From Candidatus Obscuribacteraceae bacterium (lineage in GTDB: Bacteria > Cyanobacteriota > Vampirovibrionia > Obscuribacterales > Obscuribacteraceae), in the NCBI GenBank assembly GCA_044229845.1, contig JBGASG010000005.1, forward strand, positions 96,001 to 160,000: a stretch of DNA of 64,000 nt, read 5' to 3'. Below the pieces are notes generated by a model. It worked only from the letters and a program-made list of their open reading frames with translations, did no database searches and was not told the DNA's origin. Shown here in pieces: positions 1-10,018 of the stretch (positions are counted from its first letter, which is position 1; each line of letters opens with the position of its first letter). The position numbers and the translations under genes are program-made.

Positions 1-66
1 GCCGAAAATGACGATCGTGATCGCGGCGGCGATAATCGTGTGGGCTCGATTTAAGGCTAGTTGCAC
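1..66 (-). CDS. 5' end of a gene running off the window (hydrophobic N-terminus), possibly the next gene of the TolC operon
   Basis: GTG at 66 opens the frame VQLALNRAHTIIAAAITIVIFG to the window edge, just downstream of the TolC stop. Confidence 0.4.
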   Translation of the reverse strand, partial: MQLALNRAHTIIAAAITIVIFG

Positions 67-84
67 AATCCACATAGTCGGTGC

Positions 85-2040
85 CTAATCCCTCAGTGGA
101 CTGTTGGAGACGACTGTGTTGACCGAAATGCGACCGATGGCGCGCAGCAGTTTGACTTGCGCGGCATTGTATTCGGTGATTGCCTTCACTTTGTCTATCA
201 GCGCTGTCGTGTAATCTTTTTGCGCGTTGAGCACATCGAGTTGCGTGCCCACACCGTTTTCGATGCGGTCTTTGGCGACGCGCAATTGCTCGGCCGATGA
301 GTTGACTGCGTCGGTCGTTTCGATAATCAAGTTTTCCGCCGATAGCGACGACAGGTAGGCATCGCGTACTTCCGCTTGGACGCGATTCATTTCGTCGAGA
401 AACTCCAGCTGCACCTTGCGTGCCGTGGCTTTTGCCGATTCCATATTGCCGAACGCCGTGACGCCCAGTCCGCCCAGCGTCCACTGCACATCAAGCCCGA
501 TGAGAAACAAGGACCGTCCGGCGTTGACGCGAGGTCCGCCGTTGTCGCCGGCAGCGAGCGGTAAACCACTGGCGCCCGAAACGGCGCCCGTCGTGGCACC
601 GCCGGAGGTGCTGAAGGGAAGTTGCTGATTATTCGGGTTCTGCTTGGTGATGCGCGCGAAAGTGCCGACCGAGGTGCCGGTGACTGAAACCGTGGGGAGC
701 AGCGGTGCCTTCGCGACTTTGACGGCTTCCTTGGCGGCGAGGCGCAGCTGTTCGAATTTCTTGAGCTCAGGTCGGTTGTCGATGGCGATGCGCAGCAGGT
801 CGTTGGGAGCAAGGTTCTTGTCGACGAGAACAATCTTGCGTACTTGACGCTCGGGTGTCAGGTCCGTTGCATAGTCGAGATTGAGCGCTTTCGCCAGCTT
901 TATGGCAGACTGGCGGCGTTCCACCTGCTGCTTGATCAGGTTTTGTCTGTCTTTCGATAGCTGCGTCTTTGCCTGCAATACTTCCAACGTTGAGACGACA
1001 CCATTGGCGAACTGATCCTGGTTGATCAGATAGAGTGCGCTCGATGTCTCGACGGCCTTGATGCGGATCTGCAGCACCGCATCGTTTTGTACCAGGTCGT
1101 AGTACAAGTTTGATGCTTCGAGGAGAACGTCATTGGTGCTGCCTTTGAGTTCGTATTGAGTGGCGCGATAAGAGTGCTTCTCTTGAAGAAACGTGTGAAT
1201 GATCTTGCCACCCTGGTACCCGTACCATTGAATGGATGCGGGCATGTTGAGGTAATAGTTGCGCAGCGGCAATGCGGCTCCGGCGGGGCTGATGTATTGC
1301 CCGGTCAGTCCTTGATAGCTGACCTCATTGATCAAGTTGGGAAGAAACCCGCCCATGCTGCTGATGTATTTCCAGCGAGCCGATTCATTTTTCTCGCCCA
1401 CGATTTTGATAATCAGGTTGTTGGCGCGCGCCTGCATAACCGTATCGCGCAGATTTATTTGGCGGGTGCCGCTGGCGTCCAGTTGATACGGCGAGGGCAG
1501 TTGCCGATCTAAGGTGATCAGCGCCGTGAGGACAGGCGGTGCGGTGATCACCTGGTCGGGATCCTTGAACATCGCTCCGGTGCTGCGCAATGTGTCATCG
1601 ACTATGGCGTCGAGTTTTTCTTTTGCTTCGATGGTGGCGGGTCCGGGCTGAGCGGGCACCACCTGAGGTGTCGGCATGGATTGCTGCCCGCCACTACCGA
1701 TTGGCCCTTTAAGGGTGGGTGGCGTGGTCATGCCGCCTGTGGGACTGGTCATCTCCGGAGGCTTGAAACTGGGGGGCGGCTGCGAGTTTTCGTAGGGAGA
1801 GGCGGGCGGGGTTTGCTTGCCCTGCTCTGAGGCGGGAAGTTGAGACTCTGGGTTGGCTGGGTTCGGTTGCGGCGCCTGCGCGACCGATCTGCCGCGCGCC
1901 GGCGCCGCTTTCGGCGTTTCTCCAGAGCGCGCTTGCTGACAACATCCAAATCCCAGCAATCCCAGCACCATGGCAACTGTGCAGACCATGCCGCAGAAAA
2001 CCACTGCAGTACTGCGGATTAGGGATGCCATGAGTGTCAA
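85..2040 (-). CDS. TolC-family outer membrane efflux protein with long Pro/Gln-rich N-terminal extension
   Basis: Two OEP-like halves (YYDLVQ...GVVSTLEVLQA; VRDAYL...GVGTQLDVLNAQ...LLRAIG); hydrophobic N-terminus; start may be ATG 2031. Confidence 0.85.
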   Translation of the reverse strand: MTLMASLIRSTAVVFCGMVCTVAMVLGLLGFGCCQQARSGETPKAAPARGRSVAQAPQPNPANPESQLPASEQGKQTPPASPYENSQPPPSFKPPEMTSPTGGMTTPPTLKGPIGSGGQQSMPTPQVVPAQPGPATIEAKEKLDAIVDDTLRSTGAMFKDPDQVITAPPVLTALITLDRQLPSPYQLDASGTRQINLRDTVMQARANNLIIKIVGEKNESARWKYISSMGGFLPNLINEVSYQGLTGQYISPAGAALPLRNYYLNMPASIQWYGYQGGKIIHTFLQEKHSYRATQYELKGSTNDVLLEASNLYYDLVQNDAVLQIRIKAVETSSALYLINQDQFANGVVSTLEVLQAKTQLSKDRQNLIKQQVERRQSAIKLAKALNLDYATDLTPERQVRKIVLVDKNLAPNDLLRIAIDNRPELKKFEQLRLAAKEAVKVAKAPLLPTVSVTGTSVGTFARITKQNPNNQQLPFSTSGGATTGAVSGASGLPLAAGDNGGPRVNAGRSLFLIGLDVQWTLGGLGVTAFGNMESAKATARKVQLEFLDEMNRVQAEVRDAYLSSLSAENLIIETTDAVNSSAEQLRVAKDRIENGVGTQLDVLNAQKDYTTALIDKVKAITEYNAAQVKLLRAIGRISVNTVVSNSPLRD

Positions 2041-2177
2041 CAGGTCTCCAGGTCAAAGACGGAACGTAATCTATCAGATCTGCCGCCCTGGCGCCGGTTT
2101 GCGGATTTAACGAGGTCCTTACCCAGGAGCCGGCGCAACTTCCTGGCGGCTGTTAGCATGAAGATTGAGGTACAGCT

Positions 2178-2906
2178 ATGCGCAATAGAAACGTGACGGC
2201 AATCTGGGTCGGCGTCATCATTGGTGTCATTGTGATTATTGCTGTCGGTGTTGGGGATGCCTGGGTCGATACATCGTGGAGTATCCCTTCGCTTCATGGA
2301 TTGAGTGGAATACCAACAGATGCCGGACGTATGCAGCGTCAGGCGATCTTTTTGCGCACCTGCCACGTCGCTCTCGATCACGGTGTTCAGTTTGTTTTGT
2401 TGTCGGCGCTGATCTGTATGGGTTTCGAGCGCTGGTTGTTTAAACCCGTGCTTGATGCTGCCGCCGCTCGGAGAATCTGTGTGCGCTCCTGGCGAGTGTA
2501 CTTGTGGCTATTGACTCTAGCCTGTGTCCTGGGTTGGAACGCCGGCTTTGCAGTTGAGCCGTTGCCATTCAGCGACAGGGAGTTCGTCGAAGGCGAAGGG
2601 CTGTCGATTATGGCGCATCTTGTCCTCGGTATGTCTGTTTTTGTCTTGCCACTTGTGGCAATCTGTGCGGGATACGCTCTCGAACGGTGCGCGGTCAAGT
2701 CTGGTGAGGTTCCCGCTCCCATGGCTCAGAGTGTGGATGTTCGCGGATGCGACTGTACGGACGAATGCCGCTGCGATCAAGATGGTGTCTCTTCGAGCTG
2801 CCGTATTGAATGCGGGTGCGGTACTATCCCTGGTGCCTGTGATTCGAGTTCCGCAGACGACGTCATCGCTTCGAACGAGAAGGAGTACGCGGCATGCTGG
2901 CATTGA
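2178..2906 (+). CDS. Multi-pass membrane protein, paralog 1 of tandem family; Cys-rich C-terminal tail
   Basis: Motif W-x-IP...QAIFLRTCHVALDHG shared with neighbours; GAGG upstream of ATG. Confidence 0.75.
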   Translation: MRNRNVTAIWVGVIIGVIVIIAVGVGDAWVDTSWSIPSLHGLSGIPTDAGRMQRQAIFLRTCHVALDHGVQFVLLSALICMGFERWLFKPVLDAAAARRICVRSWRVYLWLLTLACVLGWNAGFAVEPLPFSDREFVEGEGLSIMAHLVLGMSVFVLPLVAICAGYALERCAVKSGEVPAPMAQSVDVRGCDCTDECRCDQDGVSSSCRIECGCGTIPGACDSSSADDVIASNEKEYAACWH

Positions 2907-3526
2907 TTGGCGTGACAGTGGTGATGGTCGTGGTGTTCGCGGTACTGTATTTCGCCATGCCGGCAGATTCACCCGCTGCGGACCTGCCCGCGATTGATTC
3001 GCCCAAGCCGCATTACTTCATCGCCGCCGGGATTGGAACTGTGCTGGGGCTTGTGATGCTGGTTGCAGTGGGTTTCCTGAGCACGTGGAACGGCACCGGA
3101 TGGGAAATTCCGTACATCAAGCAATCCGAGCAGACTGCCAGCCTCTGGTACCAGGCTGCGTGGCTGCGGACCTGCCACCTGGCTCTTGAACATGGACTGA
3201 CATTCATCACTATACCGATGGTTTCGTGCGGAGGCATCGCCAAATTGATTACGTGCCTGCCGCGCGGCACTGGACGCGGGCGATTTCTGGCACGCACGTT
3301 CTGGATTTACTTGTGCTGCGCGATTGTCGCCTTCGCTGCCGGTTGTCTCGCCGCATGCTTCAACATACCTTCATTCGTCAATCAGGTTCTCATCTGTATG
3401 CTGTGGGGCGTCTCAACCGTATTTCTCGCGACCATAGGCGGCGCACTACCGGCGATGGCACTTTTTATTTCACTGATCGCCGAAGGAATTCGCAACAACG
3501 CTCCTCAAGCAATCGAGCAAAAGTAG
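2894..3526 (+). CDS. Multi-pass membrane protein, paralog 2
   Basis: WEIP...YQAAWLRTCHLALEHG; AAGGAG RBS; overlaps the end of the previous gene. Confidence 0.75.
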   Translation: MLALIGVTVVMVVVFAVLYFAMPADSPAADLPAIDSPKPHYFIAAGIGTVLGLVMLVAVGFLSTWNGTGWEIPYIKQSEQTASLWYQAAWLRTCHLALEHGLTFITIPMVSCGGIAKLITCLPRGTGRGRFLARTFWIYLCCAIVAFAAGCLAACFNIPSFVNQVLICMLWGVSTVFLATIGGALPAMALFISLIAEGIRNNAPQAIEQK

Positions 3527-3608
3527 TCTTAAGTCGGCCCGCGATTTGAGGTTGGATGTCATAATGGCTGTTATAGCGCGAATTTCAGGCATGTAAGTCT
3601 AGGTTTAG

Positions 3609-4196
3609 ATGACTGAGAATCAGAAAAGGTACTGTCTAGCGATTGTTATAGGCGCCTGCATTGGGGTTGCGGCGCTGGTCATTGCCGGCCTATTCGGCAA
3701 CCATTACGGGCAATGGACCATTCCGGTCTACCCCGAGGATTTCGACGGGTTGGACATAGTACCCCCGCGTGTCGTCGAGTTGGAGCGGGCAGCCATAGCA
3801 CTACGAATAGCGCACCTCTTTGTTGAGAATGGAACCGGTTTCTTGATTGTACCAATGCTCTTCTGTGTGCTCGTCGCGTTTCTCTGGAACCGATATCCGA
3901 GCATGATGTCGTATCCCGTCAAGATGACGAACCGCAGGTGGATACTCATGCTGGACAACTGTATGTTCGGAGCTCTTACGGTGGGTTTTGTGGGTTTCAT
4001 GATGGGACATTGTGGTGTGGTTTTCGTTGCTAACAGCCCGTATCCACCTGGAAGCATCGGCTGTGGATTGGCATATGCCGCGCACTTGTGCTTCTGGTCA
4101 TTCGTAACCGCGATAGTTCCTTTCTATGCGGTTGCAGTTTCGCTAATTCAAGAAGGGTTGATTTGGCGCTCCTCGCCGAAGACGGGTTGCCTCTAA
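3609..4196 (+). CDS. Multi-pass membrane protein, paralog 3
   Basis: WTIP...RAAIALRIAHLFVENG..FLIVP. Confidence 0.75.
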   Translation: MTENQKRYCLAIVIGACIGVAALVIAGLFGNHYGQWTIPVYPEDFDGLDIVPPRVVELERAAIALRIAHLFVENGTGFLIVPMLFCVLVAFLWNRYPSMMSYPVKMTNRRWILMLDNCMFGALTVGFVGFMMGHCGVVFVANSPYPPGSIGCGLAYAAHLCFWSFVTAIVPFYAVAVSLIQEGLIWRSSPKTGCL

Positions 4197-4537
4197 TGCA
4201 AATGCAGCAGATTGTGGTGTTGCTGGGAATGGTGCTGGTCATCGGGATGTGCATCTATCCGCCGTGGCAGAGCCAGGAACCCGGGCAGCCGCCGCGTTCC
4301 ATGGGTTACGCGCCAATCTGGCAGCCGCCAGTCGAGAAACACCAGGCAGGCATCGACGTTCTCGGACTGAAGGTGCAAATGGGCGAACAATCGACGACCG
4401 CGAACCAGATTGATCTAATGCGCCTGGCAATTCAATGCGGTATCGTCGCTGGTGTCACCGCCGTGTTCACGCGTCTGCTCCCTTCGCAGCGCTCTGCTGA
4501 AACTGCTGCGGGAAAGACAGGCTCAGATTCGAATTGA
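4196..4537 (+). CDS. Small two-TM hypothetical protein
   Basis: TAATG stop/start overlap at 4194-4198; TM-YPPW...GYAPIWQPP...IDLMRL-TM. Confidence 0.7.
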   Translation: MQMQQIVVLLGMVLVIGMCIYPPWQSQEPGQPPRSMGYAPIWQPPVEKHQAGIDVLGLKVQMGEQSTTANQIDLMRLAIQCGIVAGVTAVFTRLLPSQRSAETAAGKTGSDSN

Positions 4538-4551
4538 GAGAACTGTAAGTC

Positions 4552-5073
4552 ATGAAGATTCCCTATCTTCGATCGATCATTTTGGGTACATGCCTTGGGC
4601 TGTACGGCATCTATCTTGTCGGCAACACTGGTCCCTATTATCATGACTGGCAGATGCCGGTCGCATACAGTACAAACGAACCACAGGTAAGTCAGCTTCG
4701 GTACCAGGCACTCTTTCTTCGAATGTGTCTCATAGGACTGCAAGATGGCGCAGTCTTTTTGCTTGTGCCTATCCTTACGTGTATGGTCATCGAGAAACTG
4801 GCTGCACGTCGATCAGAGCAAGGTTCCATCAGATTTTGGCCGCGGTTTTGGCTGTGCTATGTTTGCTGTAGCGCAGGGGTGTTTCTTCTATCTTGCATGG
4901 CCTGCACTCCTTACGATTCATGGACGATCGCGCATTTCTTTGGTGCCCTTGGCCTTTCTGTTTTCTTCGTTCTAAGTTTGACTGCATGGGGGATTTTGCC
5001 CGCGGTTTCCGTCCTCGGTGCCTTGGTTCTTCAGGGGTATGACTTGTGCACCAAGCGGAATGAGTGCTTATGA
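4552..5073 (+). CDS. Multi-pass membrane protein, paralog 4
   Basis: WQMP...LRYQALFLRMCLIGLQDG..FLLVPILTC. Confidence 0.75.
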   Translation: MKIPYLRSIILGTCLGLYGIYLVGNTGPYYHDWQMPVAYSTNEPQVSQLRYQALFLRMCLIGLQDGAVFLLVPILTCMVIEKLAARRSEQGSIRFWPRFWLCYVCCSAGVFLLSCMACTPYDSWTIAHFFGALGLSVFFVLSLTAWGILPAVSVLGALVLQGYDLCTKRNECL

Positions 5074-5103
5074 TTTTCGACAAGTCCTTGAAGTGAATGG
5101 GCG

Positions 5104-5772
5104 ATGAAAGTACCTTACCCAAAATCGGTTATCGCGGGTTCCGTCCTTGGACTCCTGGGACTCTACGTAGTTGGTTGTGGGACTCTGCTCGATGACGACT
5201 GGTCGCAACACTTTCTGGGAGTGAGTGGGACTGGGGTCGAAAACCTCCGATACCAAGCGTTCGTGCTACGAGTCTGCCGTGTGTTCCTGAATCATGGACT
5301 TATCTACTTCATAGTCCCGATTCTTACATGCGTTGGCCTGGCGAAGTTATGGGACCAGGCTGAGAGCGCTGAAATCAGCCAGTTTTGGCGACAAGTCGGA
5401 TGGTGCTTCACTACACTTTGCGCCGCAATATTTCTGATCATGGGACTAAATATGATCGCGTTGACTGAGTTTGTCACAAGAGCGTGGACACTTCAGGACT
5501 GGGCAAATCTGGTGGGAATGTGGATTTATTCCACAGCAGTCTCAGTCCTTGGAGCCACTGTATGTGGGACTCTGCCAGGGATTTCTCTTGCTGCGGCTCT
5601 TCTCCTCAAAGGGTGGAGACTAGGTCGAGACTTTCAAAAGAATCGTATGAATCTCACACGCCCTGAGTCGAGTCAGAACAAGAGTTCTGTGGAAGTTATT
5701 GAATGCCAACAGTCTGACGCAATTGTTCCGTTGCCTGCCGTCAAACTGCAAGACGTGCCTAAGGCTGAATAG
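5104..5772 (+). CDS. Multi-pass membrane protein, paralog 5
   Basis: LRYQAFVLRVCRVFLNHG..FIVPILTC; N-terminus MKVPYPKS resembles paralog 4 (MKIPYLRS). Confidence 0.75.
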   Translation: MKVPYPKSVIAGSVLGLLGLYVVGCGTLLDDDWSQHFLGVSGTGVENLRYQAFVLRVCRVFLNHGLIYFIVPILTCVGLAKLWDQAESAEISQFWRQVGWCFTTLCAAIFLIMGLNMIALTEFVTRAWTLQDWANLVGMWIYSTAVSVLGATVCGTLPGISLAAALLLKGWRLGRDFQKNRMNLTRPESSQNKSSVEVIECQQSDAIVPLPAVKLQDVPKAE

Positions 5773-5793
5773 GACTTGAATAATTGCGTGCCG

Positions 5794-6204
5794 TTACAGC
5801 CGTAATTCGGCGCGCAATTCGCGGGCGCGGCTGCGCATCTCAGTGGCGCGATCCTTCTTGCCTAACTCGTCTAGGACGAAGGCGTAATGCATCAGTTGCG
5901 CGATGAAGTCGTCGCGGTCGGCATCGAAATCCGGCGCGGAATCGAGAAGTTTTTCGCGCATCTTTAAAGCGCGGTCAAGAAACGGCAGCTGTTCCGGGTA
6001 TTCTTCGAATCTGGTGCGGATCATCGTGATCTGCCGGATCAGCTCAAGTTGTTGTTCCACTTCGAAGCGGTCGGGACTATCCGATGCCGAAAGGCGCTGC
6101 AATTGCGATTCCGCGTCCGCCAATTCGGTGCGCAGGGCAATGCGGTCCTCTTCGCTGACCGCGAACACCTTGCGAATGAATTGTTCGAAAAGACCCTTCC
6201 ACAT
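5794..6204 (-). CDS. Helical, TPR-like hypothetical protein
   Basis: LDRALKMREKLL...YAFVLDELGKKDRATEM TPR-like pattern. Confidence 0.6.
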   Translation of the reverse strand: MWKGLFEQFIRKVFAVSEEDRIALRTELADAESQLQRLSASDSPDRFEVEQQLELIRQITMIRTRFEEYPEQLPFLDRALKMREKLLDSAPDFDADRDDFIAQLMHYAFVLDELGKKDRATEMRSRARELRAELRL

Positions 6205-6236
6205 AATCCGGATTGTAGCGCGAAACTAATCAGCGC

Positions 6237-7529
6237 CTACTGCCACATGTCTTTTTTGGGTGGCGGGTTGAGGTTGCGGATGGACAGCAACATCCCAATC
6301 GCAATCATATCGATGATCAGTGCCGTGCCCCCATAACTCAGGAAGGGCAGCGGCACCCCCGCAACGGGCATGATGCCCATGGTCATGCCGATGTTCAAGA
6401 ACACGTGGAATAAGAACATGAACGTCAGCCCCATCGCCATGAGGCTGCCGACCGGTTCGTTTCGTGCCTGATAGGCAATCATCACCCCCCGGAAGCAGAT
6501 CATCAAATAGGAGCAGACGATAAGTGCGGTGGCTTTGAAGCCGAGTTCTTCGCCCACGACGGCAAAGATAAAGTCGGTGTGGCGTTCAGGAATAAAGGCG
6601 CCCTGGCTCTGGTTGCCCTTGCCCAATCCCGAACCGTTGACGCCACCGCTGCCGATGGCAATCAGGCTCTGCAGGATGTGATAGCCGGAGCCCCGCGGGT
6701 CTGAATAGGGGTTGATGAAACTGGTCAGACGCTTCTGCTGATAAGGCTTCAGCACGCCCCACAGGTGCGGACGTATCTCGCCGAACCCGTAGTTGGCAGC
6801 CACCACCGCCAGTGCCAGGATCAGCCGCATCCACCACTTCCAGTTTTTCGTGCGCCAGAAGACTGCCAGCGCTATGCCCAGCACGCCCAGATAAATCTTC
6901 CATGCCTCTTCACTCAGGGCGTTGATGATCAAACTGATTACGGGACTGAGCATGACCAGCAGATCCAGCAATCCGGCGCCCGCCCAGAAGGTCATGCCGA
7001 AGAAGACCGCACCGAAAGTCAGCGAGGTCCCCAAATCCGGCTGCTTGAACACGAGCACCGCCGGCACCGCAATCAGCGCCGCGGTGATGAAGTTGTCCCA
7101 GAATGTCTTGATCGGCCGCCAGCCAAGCCAGGCCGCCAGCGTCCAGATCACCACCAGCTTCGATATTTCGGACGGCTGCAACGTGATGGGACCGAGCGCG
7201 ATCCAGCGCTGGGCGCCCAGAGCCGAGTGTCCAATCACCATAACCGCCGCCAGTAACCCAATGTTTGCGAGATAAATAAACGGCAGCACGAACTTGTGCG
7301 TCCATATCTTGTACGGAATGCGCCAGAAAACGACGAGCGCGGTCACGCCTGCAATGAGAAACTGCAGCTGTTTCTCGTAGAAGATGCCGTGCCCCTGATA
7401 CTGCAGCGTATTGACGCCGACATAAATCAGAAACCCGGTGGCGAGCACGAGCAGCCAGTCGACTTCCTGGAAGAAGTAATAAACGGCGCGTACCGGACCC
7501 GGCGCCCAGGCTAATTGACCGGAGGTCAT
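6237..7529 (-). CDS. rodA: SEDS-family rod shape-determining protein RodA
   Basis: GAQRWI, LQPSE, QPDLGT, GYHILQSLIAIGSGG, PERHTDFIF, GVPLPFLSYGG; downstream of minCDE. Confidence 0.9.
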   Translation of the reverse strand: MTSGQLAWAPGPVRAVYYFFQEVDWLLVLATGFLIYVGVNTLQYQGHGIFYEKQLQFLIAGVTALVVFWRIPYKIWTHKFVLPFIYLANIGLLAAVMVIGHSALGAQRWIALGPITLQPSEISKLVVIWTLAAWLGWRPIKTFWDNFITAALIAVPAVLVFKQPDLGTSLTFGAVFFGMTFWAGAGLLDLLVMLSPVISLIINALSEEAWKIYLGVLGIALAVFWRTKNWKWWMRLILALAVVAANYGFGEIRPHLWGVLKPYQQKRLTSFINPYSDPRGSGYHILQSLIAIGSGGVNGSGLGKGNQSQGAFIPERHTDFIFAVVGEELGFKATALIVCSYLMICFRGVMIAYQARNEPVGSLMAMGLTFMFLFHVFLNIGMTMGIMPVAGVPLPFLSYGGTALIIDMIAIGMLLSIRNLNPPPKKDMWQ

Positions 7530-7574
7530 AGGACACCTCCGCGGTGTTCCGCGTGCACGTGGTGAATTCGCAGG

Positions 7575-7602
7575 AAAAGGGCGAGGATTTGCCTCCTCGC
7601 CC
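7575..7602 (-). terminator. Probable intrinsic terminator between minE and rodA
   Basis: 9-bp stem GGGCGAGGA/TCCTCGCCC followed by TTTT on the minus strand. Confidence 0.55.
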
Positions 7603-7696
7603 TGCCCATGACTTGTTTCGTCTCAGTCTTAGTGTGGCTTGCCGGCATCTGTTTCATCTGTCGGCCGCCCGCATGTCGTGCTCGCAATCGCGATCT

Positions 7697-7966
7697 TTAC
7701 TTAGATCTCAGCAACGGGAAGTTGGCGATCAGAGCGGCCTTTCGTTCATATTGTTGCAGATCGAAGCGGGTTGATTCCCGTTCGATTTCAAAGTAACGAC
7801 CAACTACGGCGACCAGTTCTTCTTCCAGGCTGGCGAGGCGGTCGGGCGGCAATTCGAGCCGATCATGCACGAGCATAAGGCGCATGCGGTCTCGAGCGCG
7901 TCCGCGAGCGGAGGAGGTTGACGTCGCTTCTTCTTTTGATTTGAAGAACCAATTAAGGACTTGCAT
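7697..7966 (-). CDS. minE: Cell division topological specificity factor MinE
   Basis: ARDRMRLMLVHDR, EELVAVVGRY, ALIANFP; follows minD. Confidence 0.93.
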   Translation of the reverse strand: MQVLNWFFKSKEEATSTSSARGRARDRMRLMLVHDRLELPPDRLASLEEELVAVVGRYFEIERESTRFDLQQYERKAALIANFPLLRSK

Positions 7967-7979
7967 GTGTTAATCCTCC

Positions 7980-8795
7980 CTATACCGCAGCAGACGGCGT
8001 CGTGAAGATTTTCACGAACTTGCTATACCAGCGCTCGTTCGGCACTTCCAGATCCATGAATGGCACCTCTTCGCCTTTCAGGCGGCGGGCGATGTTGCGA
8101 TAAGCCTGACCGGCGCGTTTGTTTTCGCTGCCTGCCAAGGGTTCGCCTTTGTTCGTGGAAGTAATGACTTCCTCGTCTTCCGGCACGATGCCGACGAGTT
8201 TGCAGGAGAGGATATCGAGCACGTCTTCGACACTCATCATGTCGTTGGTCTTCACCATATGAGGACGGATGCGGTTGATGACCAGGCGATACTGTCCGAT
8301 TTCTTCTTTGCGTGCTTCGAGCAAGCCGATCACTCGGTCTGCGTCGCGCACTGCCGACATTTCGGGCGTCGTGATCACGACAGCTTCTTCGGCGCCGGCG
8401 ATGGCGTTCTGGAAGCCGCCCTCGATGCCTGCGGGGCAATCGATGATCGTGAAGTCGAAGAGACTCTTCAGTTCGGTGCAGAGTTTCTTCATCTGATCGG
8501 CGTTGACGGCCGACTTGTCGCGAGTCTGAGCCGCGGGGAGCAGCGAGAGGTTGGGGAGCTTCTTGTCCTTCACCAGAGCCTGGCGCAGTTTGCAACGCTC
8601 TTCAACGACGTCGACCAGGTTATAGACAACGCGGTTCTCCAGACCCATGAGGATGTCGAGATTGCGCAAACCGATATCCATGTCGACGAGAGCGACGGAT
8701 GCACCGGTTTGTGCAAGCGCCACACCAATGTTGGCGGAAGCTGTCGTTTTACCGACGCCGCCTTTTCCTGAGGTGATGACTATTACTCGACCCAT
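7980..8795 (-). CDS. minD: Septum site-determining ATPase MinD
   Basis: MGRVIVITSGKGGVGKTT, DIGLRNLD, DCPAGIE; start moved to ATG 8795 with AAGGA RBS. Confidence 0.97.
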   Translation of the reverse strand: MGRVIVITSGKGGVGKTTASANIGVALAQTGASVALVDMDIGLRNLDILMGLENRVVYNLVDVVEERCKLRQALVKDKKLPNLSLLPAAQTRDKSAVNADQMKKLCTELKSLFDFTIIDCPAGIEGGFQNAIAGAEEAVVITTPEMSAVRDADRVIGLLEARKEEIGQYRLVINRIRPHMVKTNDMMSVEDVLDILSCKLVGIVPEDEEVITSTNKGEPLAGSENKRAGQAYRNIARRLKGEEVPFMDLEVPNERWYSKFVKIFTTPSAAV

Positions 8796-8869
8796 TCTGT
8801 TTTCCTTTAACGGTGTTGTTGTGCAGGGGTTGACACTACTACTACGGATGCGGATTTTGTATTGGGTTG

Positions 8870-9745
8870 TTATTCCGGTGCGTTGTAGGAAATGCGGATT
8901 TGACCATCGACGATACGTGCCATTTCCGGCCCGGGCGTCGATGTTTTGTAATTCTTTCTGTCGGGAGCGCGGGCGATGCATTGCGCGATGCGCAGTTGCA
9001 AGGGCGCCAGTTTGAGTGCGCGGATTTCGGCTTGTTCATTGCCTGAGCTGCCCGCATGAGCGATGCCTCGCAGCGCGCCCCAGACAAGGATGTCGCCCTC
9101 GGCAATTACTTCGGCGCCGTTGTTGACGTCGCCGACGATGACCAGATTGCCTTTGTGGTTGACCGTCTGCCCGGAGCGCAATGTCTGGTGCAGGTACAAA
9201 ACCTGTGGTGGCGCCGCTGGTGCCGCCGGTTTTGGCGGTGCTTGCTCGTTGGCCAGAGCCGGCACTGCGGGCAGTGGAATCGTCGGCGTGTCCTCGTCCG
9301 GTCTCACTTCCTCATTGCTGATTGGTGTGGCGTAGGAGAGGTCAGTCTGCGTGGTGGGAATGGCAATCGAGATTACCGTTTCGGAAAAACGATTGCGGCG
9401 GCGCGGCGGAGCGAAATCCATGGCGGCATTGGCGGGCGCCGGTGATGTGGTATCACGAGCGGTGACCTTGGCGGCGGCCAGGGCGGCCCGGGTGGTTTCG
9501 TCGTCAGAGAAAACGTTGCGCGGTCGCACGCCACGTTCGGTGATCAAGTCCGCGAATTCCTGAGCTTCGTCTTCCGACAAGCAGAGGTTTCCGAGACTGA
9601 TATCTATTTGATTGGACTCCCAGAACCTTGTCGGGTCCTGGAATGTAGAACTCAGGTGTTGTGCGGCTTCCTGGGCGTTGGTGCATCCGCCAACGTCAAT
9701 GAGCATGCCGGTGTCGGGTTGGCTGATGATGGCAATTTTCGTCAT
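8870..9745 (-). CDS. minC: Septum site-determining protein MinC
   Basis: TLRSGQ..HKGNLVIVGDVNNGAEVIAEGDILVWGALRGIAHAG C-terminal domain. Confidence 0.93.
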   Translation of the reverse strand: MTKIAIISQPDTGMLIDVGGCTNAQEAAQHLSSTFQDPTRFWESNQIDISLGNLCLSEDEAQEFADLITERGVRPRNVFSDDETTRAALAAAKVTARDTTSPAPANAAMDFAPPRRRNRFSETVISIAIPTTQTDLSYATPISNEEVRPDEDTPTIPLPAVPALANEQAPPKPAAPAAPPQVLYLHQTLRSGQTVNHKGNLVIVGDVNNGAEVIAEGDILVWGALRGIAHAGSSGNEQAEIRALKLAPLQLRIAQCIARAPDRKNYKTSTPGPEMARIVDGQIRISYNAPE

Positions 9746-10018
9746 TGAATCTTCGCTTTACAGAGACTATTTTCCCGCCACAGAGACGGAAAAAATTTCA
9801 CATGCGTTACGCAAGGAAAATCGTAGAAGTTGCTGAGTGGCGTGTCAAGCCGCACACCAGCGATTTCATATATACCTTTGATGACAATGCCGTAACGTTA
9901 AACAATGTTCGAAGAACGGCTCTATGTGCGAATTCTTAGCTGTTTTGCGTGGTATAGCGAATGTATATATGGTATCACATATGGTGCAATGAATATGCCG
10001 CACTGGGGAGGTGCATAT

